This document shows, one piece after another, positions 28,122 through 38,622 of a stretch of DNA of 64,000 nucleotides; the first letter of the stretch is position 1; each line of letters opens with the position of its first letter. Source of the stretch: an uncultured Gammaproteobacteria bacterium (GTDB lineage Bacteria > Patescibacteriota > Patescibacteriia > Magasanikbacterales > UBA922). A model generated the notes under the pieces. That model was not told the origin of the DNA. It worked only from the letters and a program-made list of their open reading frames with translations, and made no database searches. Both the position numbers and the translations under genes were made by a program. Location: assembly GCA_964522435.1 (NCBI GenBank), contig CAZFUL010000002.1, forward strand, positions 108,631 to 172,630, given 5' to 3'.

Positions 28122-28880
28122 ATGGAAATGCCCCTCATCTCTATCATCATTCCCGTATATAATCATGCGGATATACTAGTACGCTCACTAAAAACGCTTG
28201 TTGCCCAGACCTATCGTCCGCTTGAGGTAATTATTGTTGATGATGGGAGTGTGTCACCAATCGCTATGTATCGTGAAGATATTTTTGCATTGGGATTTTG
28301 TGACAGAAGCGATACACCTCAAACCAGCGGATCCATTCCCATATTGCTGCTTCGCCAAGAAAATAAGGGAGCCCCAGCAGCAAGAAATTTGGGGACAAAA
28401 CATGCGCGAGGAGAGTATTATCTGTATTGGGATGCGGATATTTTTGCGACAACAGAGATGATTACCCGTTTATTTGCTGCGCTTGAATCCACGAAAACAG
28501 CAGCATTTGCGTATGGCAATCTCTCTATTGGTGCAAAAAAAATGCCAGCAAGAGCGTATGATATTGCGGCACTACAAAAACAAAATTTTATTGCGATTGC
28601 GGCACTCATTCGTCGTTCTGCTGCGGTGCCGTTTGATGAGACACTCACACGATTTCAAGATTGGGATATGTGGCTTACCATGGCAGAACAGGGTAAGACT
28701 GGTGTTTGGGTGGATAAATATCTGTATCGTGTGGAAACACGGGGCAGTACCATGAGTGCGTGGTTGCCGTCGTTTGCCTATCGTGTTCCGTGGAAGTATT
28801 GTCCATGGTGGTACCATACCGTCCGGCGCTATGAGAAGGCAAAAAAGATCGTAGAAAAAAAACACCACAAATGTATATAA
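28122..28880 (+). CDS. glycosyltransferase family 2
   Basis: 'ISIIIPVYNHADIL...VIIVDDGS' and a 'DADI' DxD motif. Confidence 0.85.
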   Translation: MEMPLISIIIPVYNHADILVRSLKTLVAQTYRPLEVIIVDDGSVSPIAMYREDIFALGFCDRSDTPQTSGSIPILLLRQENKGAPAARNLGTKHARGEYYLYWDADIFATTEMITRLFAALESTKTAAFAYGNLSIGAKKMPARAYDIAALQKQNFIAIAALIRRSAAVPFDETLTRFQDWDMWLTMAEQGKTGVWVDKYLYRVETRGSTMSAWLPSFAYRVPWKYCPWWYHTVRRYEKAKKIVEKKHHKCI

Positions 28881-28948
28881 TAACCGTATTTTGACAAATA
28901 CGTTCCTACATCGTTATACTGTAGCTATTATTCAATTATTTTTTCTCT

Positions 28949-29602
28949 ATGGAAAATCGTGCCGTTCCTATTGGTGAATCCATTCGCGTTGGATGGAGTG
29001 CAACCAAAGAACATATTGCCTTCTTTATTTTACTCTTCGTGGTGTATCTTGCGGTATCGTTTGGTTTGAGTATGGTCTTAGGTTTTTTTGTAGATTATAC
29101 GCTTGTATATATTATTCTTAATATCGCTATATACGTAGTTGATGTCTTACTGTCGTTTGGGCTTATTGCGATTTCGTTAGCGGTCCTTGATAAAAAAGAA
29201 CTATCTATTGGACAATTATTTAGCCAAACACACATATTAGGAAAAGGTATTCTTCTCTATGTTGCCTATTATGCGATTGTATTACTCGGGCTCATTCTTT
29301 TTATTATCCCAGGTATTATTTTCGGAATAAAATATAGTCAGTCATTTTATTTGTTACTTGATAAAAATCTTTCTGTAAAAGAGTCATTAAAGCAAAGTGC
29401 TGCAATGGTGAAAGGATTAAAGCTAGAATTATTTTTATTTGCTATTGCCCTTGGGTTTATTAATTTGCTCGGGTTGATTGCCTTGCTCGTTGGGTTATTT
29501 GCTACCGTGCCTCTTACGATGATTGCCTCTGCCTATGTGTACCGGGTGATGCTTAAGTCTATGCCTGCCGCCAATACAGAGACGGTTACTGTACAAGCAT
29601 AA
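28949..29602 (+). CDS. integral membrane protein, unknown function
   Basis: 217 aa with about 5 TM helices and no recognisable motif. Confidence 0.4.
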   Translation: MENRAVPIGESIRVGWSATKEHIAFFILLFVVYLAVSFGLSMVLGFFVDYTLVYIILNIAIYVVDVLLSFGLIAISLAVLDKKELSIGQLFSQTHILGKGILLYVAYYAIVLLGLILFIIPGIIFGIKYSQSFYLLLDKNLSVKESLKQSAAMVKGLKLELFLFAIALGFINLLGLIALLVGLFATVPLTMIASAYVYRVMLKSMPAANTETVTVQA

Positions 29603-29638
29603 AAAGATACAATACTGTAAAAAAAGAAACAGGGTGCG

Positions 29639-31129
29639 TTACCCTGTTTTTTGTTTTATCTGCAAGAGCGTGATCGTTGCAACCAACAGCACCACCCCAA
29701 ATACATGCATAAACACGGGGGCAAATATGGTAATAATCATGTAGGCTCCGGTGCTTGCGAGAATGCCAACAAAAAAAAGCTCCTGTTCTTTTTGCTCTTG
29801 TATCTGTTTTAACAACTCTTTACTTATGCGAAGCAACAGATAGAGTATAAGAATAAGTCCTGCAATGCCTAATTTTACCCAGAGTTCTAAATAGCCCCAA
29901 TCAAATTGGGTTGTCTGTATTTGCGTATGGGAGAGGGGGTGCATAAAGGTAAGCGTGGTCCCGAGTCCCTGACCAAGAAGGGGGGAAGAAGAAATATGCG
30001 AATATATTGGCGGCAGTAAACTCATGCGGGTGTAGGTACTTTCTTCTATCTGTGGTTGAATAATACTTTGGGTACGGATACCAAGCAATGACAGTCCCCA
30101 AGATTGTCCGCCACTTCCATACAAATGCAGAGAAAAAAAGATACTCAAAAATAAGACCGTATTTATAAGACCAATACCTAGCCATTGTTTCCATGATTGT
30201 TTGTATAATAAGATAAAAAAAGAAACAAACAAGGCAAGCAGATATGCCCGAGACAAGTTAATTGCCATAATAGATAATGACGCAGCAAGAAGGAGTATTT
30301 GGAGCCATAGTCTCTTCGCTTGTTGGGTATAGGTTGCAGAGAGGACTAAGACCGCAGCAGGAATAAAGAGATGTTCCGGAAATACCACACGGAAAAATCC
30401 GGTTTGCATATTGGTAATTTTTCCAGCAGCAACATCCCGAATCCAGTTATAAAAAGGTTGATGAATTTGCTCCGTACCCGTAACAAAGAGAATAAATAGA
30501 CTCATGCCCCAAATGGCGGAACCAATAATGCTCGCGGCAAGTAATTGTTTGATATAGCGCGTTGGTATGCTCGTTTGTTCTTTCACATACAAATGGTAGC
30601 TGGGGATCAACAGGAGAAAAAAGGCAAATGGAAGCGCATCTCTGACCACGTTCATAAAGGGATAGTGGAGTATGCCCTGTACAAAGGCAATGCCAATAAC
30701 AAAAAACAGAACACAGATACTATAAAATAATCGTTGGGGTACCCACAAGGTTTCTTTTTTATGGGTATAGAGTGAATGAATCGCCCATAAGAGTAAAAAG
30801 GTAGCCAAATACAGCGTGCGTAAGGAGAGACCGCCGAATTGTAAAAATTGTCCTGCGCCCCCTAAGAGTAATTCACTATACACGAGTAATAGTGCCCAGC
30901 CGGGGTGTTTATAGTAGAGCAGCCCCAACAACAGAAGTAAGGCAAATACCAGACTGCCTTCAATAATATCGTGTTGAATAAATGCCCAAGAACTCAGCCG
31001 AATAGCAAAAAAACTACACAAAAAAATATAAAAAGGAGCAAAGCGACTAATACCAGCACGCAGTGTGTGTGTCATAGACATAGTCCTAATCAAGAATGCT
31101 TTGATGAATACGTGGACCGTATCCGGCAA
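29639..31129 (-). CDS. polytopic membrane protein, possible O-antigen ligase/polymerase (Wzy/WaaL-like)
   Basis: 496 aa with 10 or more TM helices. It is placed only by its context in a GT-rich glycan cluster. Confidence 0.3.
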   Translation of the reverse strand: MPDTVHVFIKAFLIRTMSMTHTLRAGISRFAPFYIFLCSFFAIRLSSWAFIQHDIIEGSLVFALLLLLGLLYYKHPGWALLLVYSELLLGGAGQFLQFGGLSLRTLYLATFLLLWAIHSLYTHKKETLWVPQRLFYSICVLFFVIGIAFVQGILHYPFMNVVRDALPFAFFLLLIPSYHLYVKEQTSIPTRYIKQLLAASIIGSAIWGMSLFILFVTGTEQIHQPFYNWIRDVAAGKITNMQTGFFRVVFPEHLFIPAAVLVLSATYTQQAKRLWLQILLLAASLSIMAINLSRAYLLALFVSFFILLYKQSWKQWLGIGLINTVLFLSIFFSLHLYGSGGQSWGLSLLGIRTQSIIQPQIEESTYTRMSLLPPIYSHISSSPLLGQGLGTTLTFMHPLSHTQIQTTQFDWGYLELWVKLGIAGLILILYLLLRISKELLKQIQEQKEQELFFVGILASTGAYMIITIFAPVFMHVFGVVLLVATITLLQIKQKTG

Positions 31130-32018
31130 TAAATGCTGCGGCAGTAACCGCTGCTTTTCCCTCTTTTTGAAGGCTTGTTATTTCAAGAGGGCTGGTGGCT
31201 GTCCCAATATAGAGCTGTTTGTTATTTACGTATACTTCACCTGGTTGAAGAGAAACAGTAATATCTGATGCTGGGTGGAGATCAAGCAATTTGAGTCGTT
31301 GACCCTCACTTGTTGTCCAAACACCCGGCCAAGGGTTGTAGGCACGCCATTGATTGTATATTTCTGTTGCGCTTTGTTGCCAATTAATTTTTCCACTATC
31401 TCGACTGAGTTCATAACAGTGTGTTGCCTGCGTTTCGTCTTGTGGTATAGGAAGAAGGGTTCCTGCAACATAGGCGGGAATGGCTTCTTTGAGTGCATCA
31501 ATACTTACTGTCGCTAAACGCGTTTCGAGTGTTGCATAGGTATCGTTATCTGCAATAGCAATGTCTTTTTGCAATATGATTGGGCCAGTGTCTAAGCCTG
31601 CATCCATTTTCATAATGGTGACGCCGCTTATGGTATCTCCGTGTAAGAGTGCGGCTTGAATAGGAGAGGCCCCGCGATATTTGGGTAATAAGGAGGTATG
31701 CGTATTTACTACCCCATAGCGTGGGGCGTCAAGCATTGAAGAAGGAATAAGACGGCCATACTGCGCAACAATAATAATCTCTGGCGGCAAGGTAAGAGGA
31801 TAGCCTTTGAGTGTTTCTGGTTGATCAACAAGAATACCTAATTCTTGTGCAACAAGTTTTACCGGCGGGGGAGTGAGGATGCCTTTTCTTCCTACTGGTT
31901 TATCTGGTTGGGTGATAACTTTTTGAATAGTTAAAAATTCCCAAGCGTGAATGCCTTGCAGTACTGTTGCGGCAAATGCATGGGTGCCAATAAAGCAAGT
32001 GGAGAGGGGAGAAGACAT
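31086..32018 (-). CDS. fmt: methionyl-tRNA formyltransferase
   Basis: 'NTHTSLLPKYRGASPIQAALLHGDTISGVTIMKMDAGLDTGPII'. The start is set at the internal Met (MSSPLSTCFIGT) to remove overlap with the upstream gene. Confidence 0.85.
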   Translation of the reverse strand: MSSPLSTCFIGTHAFAATVLQGIHAWEFLTIQKVITQPDKPVGRKGILTPPPVKLVAQELGILVDQPETLKGYPLTLPPEIIIVAQYGRLIPSSMLDAPRYGVVNTHTSLLPKYRGASPIQAALLHGDTISGVTIMKMDAGLDTGPIILQKDIAIADNDTYATLETRLATVSIDALKEAIPAYVAGTLLPIPQDETQATHCYELSRDSGKINWQQSATEIYNQWRAYNPWPGVWTTSEGQRLKLLDLHPASDITVSLQPGEVYVNNKQLYIGTATSPLEITSLQKEGKAAVTAAAFIAGYGPRIHQSILD

Positions 32019-32019
32019 A

Positions 32020-32943
32020 TTATTGTTGAAGATCGGATGGAAAAACAGGTTGCAGATTTTGTATATTAATTGATGGTTGTTCCACTGTAGGGGTAATGGT
32101 GTTTTTGACACTATCAAACACAAATACTTGCTTTTGTTCTTTGTAATCCAGGGTAAAAAATACTTGATCAAATAGTTCGTTGATACCGATAAATCTAATT
32201 CCTGCTGGATTATCAACAACACAGCTGCCATCGAAAACTCCAGGCTCGCCACAAATACCTACAATATTGTTGAGTTCATATAGCGCTGTATTATTTACTT
32301 GAATGGCTTGATATGTTTTTTCTGTCCCGGTATAACAGATCGTTTCGTAATCAAAATCTTTATAATCTGTACAGGCAGTAGATTTAATATCAATATATAA
32401 TTCTTGTTCAGGAGTATGTATCCGTATAGATGATTCATCGGGATATGATGCACTGCTTACTATCTTCACGCCTTCTTTTCTTTCTGTATCGATGGCAAAC
32501 CATATCTCTGCTACGCCAGGTCCATCACCCCAGTGCGCCTTAAGAAGAAAGATATTTGGGAATGGGGTACTATATATCACTTTATCAGAATATTCGTGAA
32601 TCAGACGATCAAGAGTTCCTGGAATGGCATATTGACTGCCATCAGTTGTTTCTAAAAATAATTCGAATAGAGGAGGCCCATTTTCAGATGCCTTTGATGT
32701 AAAAGATACTTTTTGTCCAGTCGGGAGGATATAGCTATCTTTCCCTGATGAAGAGTGAGATGTGTCGTTATGTAGCTCTACAGACGTTGTTGTGTTGGTT
32801 TGTACTAGTGTTGATTGAGGTGTTGAATCCATTGCTGGTTTAGGTAAATAATAGAGAATACCACCTGTGATAATGAGTAGTACGACAAACATCACTGCAA
32901 TACAAATAGCAATAAAAGAGAGTGTTGATTCTTTTTTGATCAT
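32020..32943 (-). CDS. membrane-anchored hypothetical protein
   Basis: N-terminal TM helix and no recognisable motifs. It sits between def and fmt. Confidence 0.4.
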   Translation of the reverse strand: MIKKESTLSFIAICIAVMFVVLLIITGGILYYLPKPAMDSTPQSTLVQTNTTTSVELHNDTSHSSSGKDSYILPTGQKVSFTSKASENGPPLFELFLETTDGSQYAIPGTLDRLIHEYSDKVIYSTPFPNIFLLKAHWGDGPGVAEIWFAIDTERKEGVKIVSSASYPDESSIRIHTPEQELYIDIKSTACTDYKDFDYETICYTGTEKTYQAIQVNNTALYELNNIVGICGEPGVFDGSCVVDNPAGIRFIGINELFDQVFFTLDYKEQKQVFVFDSVKNTITPTVEQPSINIQNLQPVFPSDLQQ

Positions 32944-32970
32944 AATAAAAAAGAGAGATAAAACAAACGA

Positions 32971-33507
32971 CTACAGTCGCTTGCGATAATTTGAATGATG
33001 AATATTTTTTGCTTTATCAATAAACAATATCCCATTGATATGATCTGTTTCGTGCTGAATCACGCGTGCTAAAAAGTTATGTGCTTCACAGCGAAAGGGT
33101 TTACCAAAACGGTCGTAGCCAGAAACCATAATATCTCTATATCGTTTTACATCACCAAGCATATCAGGAACAGATAAACAGCCTTCTGTTTCCCAAATGG
33201 TTTTGCGGGAAATTTTTTCCCAGGTCGGATTAATTACAGCAATATCCGTACGTTTTTTAAGATTCCCCTCAATCATGGTCAAATCATCGGTTACGGCATC
33301 TTTGCCAATAACAAACAAACGAATATTTTTTCCAATTTGTGGGGCAGCTAATCCAATGCCATCATCGTCATACATCGTTGCGATCATGTCATCAATAAGT
33401 GTTTGATATTCTTTTGTCTGTAGAAGAGACATATCAAGATTAACAGACATGCGACGCAGTTGTGTTTCTTGCTGTGGAATTTGGCTAATCGGTAATATCA
33501 TATGCAA
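32971..33507 (-). CDS. def: peptide deformylase
   Basis: Motifs 'GIGLAAPQIG', 'EGCLSVP' and 'HETDHINGILF'. Confidence 0.85.
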   Translation of the reverse strand: MHMILPISQIPQQETQLRRMSVNLDMSLLQTKEYQTLIDDMIATMYDDDGIGLAAPQIGKNIRLFVIGKDAVTDDLTMIEGNLKKRTDIAVINPTWEKISRKTIWETEGCLSVPDMLGDVKRYRDIMVSGYDRFGKPFRCEAHNFLARVIQHETDHINGILFIDKAKNIHHSNYRKRL

Positions 33508-33513
33508 ATAACT

Positions 33514-35379
33514 CTAGGGAGATAGGAGAGAAAATGGGTGCGGATCAATACGCCACTCTTGTCCAAAACAGGTATTTATTAGCGGGAGCTCTTCTTGCCA
33601 GGTATCTGGTGAAAGCCGTACTAGTATAGCATACCAGTATTTTCCTCTCATATACTGCGGATGGGTGTCGTAGGGACTGGTCACCATAATATCTTTTTTT
33701 GTTTTTGTCAATATAGTGTTTATCACGCTATGGGCCTGTTTCGCCACGGTCTCTGCTTTTGTTTGTGAGGGTAATCCAATTAAATAGCGAACAAGATAGC
33801 GCTGCGGTGGGTAATGGAGGAGCGTGGCACTTTTTGCAAGTGAACTATAAAATTGTTCAGGGTTGGTGAGTTGTTGGAATATGGCATGTTCTGGATTCAT
33901 GGTTTGAATAAAAAATTTCGTATGATCCTGAATCGAGTACATAATGGTATGAATAAATTGCCAAATACTTTCACTTGCGCGATATTCCGGAATGGCGAGT
34001 TGTTGATCAAGAGAACTTAAGACCACCAAATCAGTCCGCTCCCAGCGAATAAAAGAGAGCGCTTTTTGGGTGCCAATAATAATACGAGGCCGTTCACTCT
34101 CTAAAGACAGTTGTTCTATATCTACATCTGCATCAATGCGAATAATATCATGGCTGGTTTGTTTGCCCAGTTCTTCTCTCACATATTGCTCAACCAGTTG
34201 TGTTCCTGCTCCGCGTAAACGAACGAGGGGAGATTGGCAGCTAAGACAAACTAATGAGACTGCTGCTTGCTCATGACAGTAGTGACAACGCAATTTTTTT
34301 TGTGTTTCATGGTATACCATGGGCAGCTCACAACGCTCACAGCGTTTAGACCAGCCACATTGTTGGCAACTCAGGGCTGCAGCATAGCCACGACGATTTA
34401 AAAAAATAAATACATCGTTTTCTACTGCATGTAATTCTTTTTTTGTTCGTTCTGATAATAAGGAAAATGTTGATTGGGCGCGTTCGCTGCGCATATCAAT
34501 AATACGAGGGAGCGTTTCTTCGCGTGGGGGCTCGAGGTTGGTACTTCCTTGACTATATATGGTAAAGGAAGGAATAGCACTCATATATGCAAGAGCAACG
34601 CCATAGTGTTGTTGCCATAGTGCCAATACATCTTGTACATGAAAGCGTGGTTGTTGTTCTGCTTGTTTATATTGTTCGTCTGCTTCATGCGTCACGACGA
34701 CCTGTGTTAAGGAAAAAAAAGGAAGCCATACCGCGCTGCGTGTTCCTACAATAATATGGCACTCGCCATTACGAATACGGAGCCATGCGTCAAATTGTTC
34801 TTTGGTCGTTAATTGACTGTGCCATACCACCACATCTGCTTGTGTATTTTTTTTCAGGTGATCCGTAAGTTCTCGTAATCGGGAGTGATCTGGCACAAGG
34901 ATTAATAGCTGACCATTCGTATGGTTGTGTGTGATACGATCTATTTCGCTAAAGTACGCTGCTTTGTTTGCTGTTCTGCTATACGTTGTTTTTGCGGGTG
35001 TTGATACGTCGACTGTGTGTTCTGAATAAGGCTGCAAGGTCATGCGGGATAATTTTCTTTTTTGCATGGGTAAGAGTATTTGTTTGAGGATAGTGGCAAC
35101 AGACATACCGTACCAGCTTGCGAGTGTCATATACAGCTGCAGGTGTTTTTCTGAGATAAGCGGTACGGGCTGAATACTATCAATGAGTTCTTTTGTTGCC
35201 ACGTGTTCTTTATCTTTTTGCTGTATGGAAAAAACAATCCCCTGGGTGGGGGAGTGTTTTAACGGAATCGTAACCAGTTGCCCAACAGTAAGCGTTGCTT
35301 CAAGAGATTCAGGAATCGTGTAGTCAAATACGCTCAACTGTTTGGGTAACCGTTGAATGGGAATAATTTGAGCAATCAC
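33514..35379 (-). CDS. priA: primosomal protein N' (PriA)-like, with degenerate ATPase motifs
   Basis: PriA-type Cys4-Cys4 zinc region 'CQQCGWSKRCERCELPM...CHYCHEQAAVSLVCLSCQS'. No GxGK[ST] Walker A is visible in the translation. Confidence 0.65.
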   Translation of the reverse strand: MIAQIIPIQRLPKQLSVFDYTIPESLEATLTVGQLVTIPLKHSPTQGIVFSIQQKDKEHVATKELIDSIQPVPLISEKHLQLYMTLASWYGMSVATILKQILLPMQKRKLSRMTLQPYSEHTVDVSTPAKTTYSRTANKAAYFSEIDRITHNHTNGQLLILVPDHSRLRELTDHLKKNTQADVVVWHSQLTTKEQFDAWLRIRNGECHIIVGTRSAVWLPFFSLTQVVVTHEADEQYKQAEQQPRFHVQDVLALWQQHYGVALAYMSAIPSFTIYSQGSTNLEPPREETLPRIIDMRSERAQSTFSLLSERTKKELHAVENDVFIFLNRRGYAAALSCQQCGWSKRCERCELPMVYHETQKKLRCHYCHEQAAVSLVCLSCQSPLVRLRGAGTQLVEQYVREELGKQTSHDIIRIDADVDIEQLSLESERPRIIIGTQKALSFIRWERTDLVVLSSLDQQLAIPEYRASESIWQFIHTIMYSIQDHTKFFIQTMNPEHAIFQQLTNPEQFYSSLAKSATLLHYPPQRYLVRYLIGLPSQTKAETVAKQAHSVINTILTKTKKDIMVTSPYDTHPQYMRGKYWYAILVRLSPDTWQEELPLINTCFGQEWRIDPHPFSLLSP

Positions 35380-35381
35380 AA

Positions 35382-36173
35382 TTAAAATACAAAATTACCA
35401 ACAAGGTACCCAACACCAAAGGGATATTCATATGAATAGGTTTTGAATTCATAATCCATCTCTTTAATCATACCAAGTAACAGTAACAAAGAACGATACC
35501 CACATTCTTGTGCAGCAGAAATGATCAAGGGATTAAACTGAATAATGCCTGCCGTGTTTCTGGTTTCAAGTAAGGTAATTAATTCTTTATCAAATAAGGC
35601 GCCTGTTTCATCGTATCCTGCGGGAGCATCGTTTGTTAAGGTGTGAGACAAGTCCCCAGACGCAATAATAGCGACTCGTTTATTGTGATCCATGATCACT
35701 TCCTTTAATACTTCTCCAAATTCAATGTGTTTTTTTGGTTCTAAATTACTAAATCCAATCGGTAATACGCGAACCGTATCCATGTGCATGGTGAGAAAAT
35801 GCAAGGGGATACTGGCACCATGGCTCAGGGTTTCTTCACTAATTAAGCGAGTGGGAATATTTTTCATATTACTCACATGGCTAATTTTTGCGGCTAAATC
35901 GGTTGCCCCTGCCCATTCTTCTTTAGTAATAACATCACCAAATTCAGTATAAGAGGAATGAAATTGGGTATGGGCATTTACGACAAAGGTATCTTCATAC
36001 AATCCTTCATGAGGAGAAATAATAAGAATGATATCTGGTTTGGACAAATACAGGTCTTGCTCTAATTTTTCTAATGCCTGTTGTGTTTGTACTAATATAC
36101 CTACTTTTTCTTTGCCAATAGAGGGCATAAGCAAGGGAGGGTGCGGCACCATGGCTGCAAAAACGAGTGACAT
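35382..36173 (-). CDS. MEMO1/LigB-family (class III extradiol dioxygenase fold) protein
   Basis: 263 aa. Its 'AAMVPHPPLLMP...IILIISPHE' resembles the AmmeMemoRadiSam protein B/MEMO1 fold. Confidence 0.4.
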   Translation of the reverse strand: MSLVFAAMVPHPPLLMPSIGKEKVGILVQTQQALEKLEQDLYLSKPDIILIISPHEGLYEDTFVVNAHTQFHSSYTEFGDVITKEEWAGATDLAAKISHVSNMKNIPTRLISEETLSHGASIPLHFLTMHMDTVRVLPIGFSNLEPKKHIEFGEVLKEVIMDHNKRVAIIASGDLSHTLTNDAPAGYDETGALFDKELITLLETRNTAGIIQFNPLIISAAQECGYRSLLLLLGMIKEMDYEFKTYSYEYPFGVGYLVGNFVF

Positions 36174-36195
36174 AGGCGTATAACTAAACTAAAAA

Positions 36196-38493
36196 TTAGA
36201 GATTATTCATAACAAATTCACTCAAACGTTTTGGTTCGCGAAAGGGTTGTTTATAATCAACATTACCTAATGTAATAATAAGAAATTCTTTATTATCATT
36301 ATGGCGACGAACAAGCATCGCAAGATTTGCTCCAGATTCATATAAGTATCCTGTTTTACTTGCGATAATGCGAAAGCCGAGGTCTTTTTCTGTCATGAGT
36401 TCATTGGTGTGAGTATCAAAATGGTTTGGTTTACCATCAATATCTAACAGTTCTGCATAGCTATAGGATTGTTTTCCCATATATGCACGAACGGTATCGT
36501 TTCTGATTGCTTCTAAAAAGAGGGTGGCATATTCTTTTGCCGTACTTACCGTATCTTCTTTTTCACCAGTGACACTCGTAAATAAGGTTTTTTCTAATCC
36601 AAGCGCACGTGCTTTGGTATTGAGCGCGGCAATAAACACAGATTCTTGTTCTTGTATGCCGTCAACGAGCATACGCGTTGGGGTATTGAGTGATGATACG
36701 AGGACTGCATCGAGTAAGTCGCTATAGCGTACTTGTTCTCCATCAACAATACGAAAACGATGATAGATGGCTTTGTGATCTGCCGCATCGTAGGTGCTAA
36801 GCGCCGTAAGATCAAGTCCTTTCTCTAGGACGGTAGATGCGGTAACGACTTTGGTAAGGGAAGCAATAGGGCGAACGCTATTGATATTTTTTCCTAGGAT
36901 AATCTCTTCTGTTTCCATATCCATAACCAAATAGCTATCCATATCTGTTACAAATGGAGCTCCAATAAAAGTTGTTGCGCTTTTTGGCGTGCGAACCATT
37001 TGGGCTGCAATTTGTTCAAAGGTACTGTCGGTACTCGGACTTGTTTCTTTGCTTGTTGTCTCTGGTGATTGTTCGGCTACGGTTGTTTCTTGTGCTGTTT
37101 GTGGGGCTGTTGAACGTAAATAGACGGGTTGTCCTGTCGGGTGCAACATCCCAGTTAAGATATCGGTTCTTATGATTTGGTCCCAGCGATAGCCAAGACC
37201 CAAAAAGACTTCTTCAGAAACAATATGTCGTTTTTTTCCATCTTCAATCACGTACACATGGTTAGAGCCAGGGATCAGGATTAAGGTTCCATTGCTAAAC
37301 AATACGGACGCGCCAAGTTCTGGATTAGGGAGGGTAGCCGTATCAATTTCTTTTGGTTTGATCTGAGGAAAATTAACCGTAGCAATTTGCGGGTCACTAA
37401 TAGGGAAGAGGGTATTTTCTTTATAATAATACAGGGTGGTACTGCCTTTTTTCTTAATCACTTCACCAATAACTGATGGCGTATCACTATAAATAGTTTT
37501 GCCAATCGTAAAGCCATTGATATCTTCTGCTGTTACAGAAATAATTTCATCGGGATTATACCCAAGGGCGCGTACCGTATTCGCGCTATCAAACGGACGG
37601 AGTGTTGTGCCATCAAGTAAATAGTAGCTCGTACCTTGTTGTAATAACGAGTAATTAGGTAATGAAATAGCCGCACCCAGTTCGTAGCGGTTGAGCTCAG
37701 AAGCCGGAATGGTAATAATACGTTTCGGATCAAAACGAGTGGTGAGCGCAACCATACTTCCAAAAGGAAAGCGTTTCCCTTCTTGAATCAAATACACGGT
37801 TGGATCGGTTGCAACTTTTACTAAGGTGCCGTTTGGATATACTTGATCAAACCATTGTTGCCAGAGTTTCCAAAAATTCGCGTTTCCTTCTAAATGGGGC
37901 GTGTAGGTATATAAAAAGGCGGTGGCATTACTGGCAGGACGGATGGTGGTATTGTTTATGGTGTAGGTTTCTCCTGCCCGTTTGATCCAGCTCTGGCTGT
38001 CCATGTTGTCATAATACCAGCGCATAATGCCTGCGGCGCTGTCTACTTGTTTGCCAAATCCTTTATTGCGTTCATACATGTCACAAGTCCAGCCACAGCC
38101 GTCAGTAATACCATAGCCGGTAGCCCCGTTTAATTGTTTTTCGGTGGGAGTTGGATCGGTAATGAGACTTTGTTCTTTTTGTAATTTAACCAGTAAATAT
38201 TTAGGATTAATACGGTGTTCAACCGCGGCACGGTGAATAATGTCTGCTGCGGTGCGGGTACTCCCATCTTTATCTTCTGTGATAAGTGTGTGTAATGTTC
38301 CTGGTTGCTCTTTTAAAAATGCCTGAATGTCGGAGCGATCCATGGCAGTATATTGTTGGAGCTCTTCATCAGAAATAAGGAAGTTTGGGTTAAAACCCGG
38401 AATTTCCGAAATAGTAAATACTGGAGAGAGGGGAGCTGTGATCATCCCTACGCTCATCATAAAAATGATCAATTGTTTTATTGATACATGCAT
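36196..38493 (-). CDS. D-alanyl-D-alanine carboxypeptidase (S11, PBP5-like) with roughly 480-aa N-terminal extension
   Basis: The C-terminal half carries SxxK 'ASLTK', SxN 'SLNT' and KTG 'SKTGY'. There is a signal peptide, and the annotated ORF begins with TTG. Confidence 0.65.
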   Translation of the reverse strand: MHVSIKQLIIFMMSVGMITAPLSPVFTISEIPGFNPNFLISDEELQQYTAMDRSDIQAFLKEQPGTLHTLITEDKDGSTRTAADIIHRAAVEHRINPKYLLVKLQKEQSLITDPTPTEKQLNGATGYGITDGCGWTCDMYERNKGFGKQVDSAAGIMRWYYDNMDSQSWIKRAGETYTINNTTIRPASNATAFLYTYTPHLEGNANFWKLWQQWFDQVYPNGTLVKVATDPTVYLIQEGKRFPFGSMVALTTRFDPKRIITIPASELNRYELGAAISLPNYSLLQQGTSYYLLDGTTLRPFDSANTVRALGYNPDEIISVTAEDINGFTIGKTIYSDTPSVIGEVIKKKGSTTLYYYKENTLFPISDPQIATVNFPQIKPKEIDTATLPNPELGASVLFSNGTLILIPGSNHVYVIEDGKKRHIVSEEVFLGLGYRWDQIIRTDILTGMLHPTGQPVYLRSTAPQTAQETTVAEQSPETTSKETSPSTDSTFEQIAAQMVRTPKSATTFIGAPFVTDMDSYLVMDMETEEIILGKNINSVRPIASLTKVVTASTVLEKGLDLTALSTYDAADHKAIYHRFRIVDGEQVRYSDLLDAVLVSSLNTPTRMLVDGIQEQESVFIAALNTKARALGLEKTLFTSVTGEKEDTVSTAKEYATLFLEAIRNDTVRAYMGKQSYSYAELLDIDGKPNHFDTHTNELMTEKDLGFRIIASKTGYLYESGANLAMLVRRHNDNKEFLIITLGNVDYKQPFREPKRLSEFVMNNL

Positions 38494-38512
38494 ATAGAAA
38501 AAGTATAGCATT

Positions 38513-38622
38513 ACAATGAACAATGAGCAATGAACAATTAACAGGTATCTATAAATAATAAAACCCTCTAACGAGGGGGATAAATTTGTTAATTGCTAAT
38601 TGTTAAATGTTCATTGTTATTG
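38513..38622. repeat. CAATGA(G/A)CAAT-type imperfect palindromic intergenic element (copy 1)
   Basis: Left arm 'caatgaacaatgagcaatgaacaattaaca' and an inverted right arm 'tgttaattgctaattgttaaatgttcattgttattg' flank a small 'ccctc-taac-gaggg' hairpin. Confidence 0.55.
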
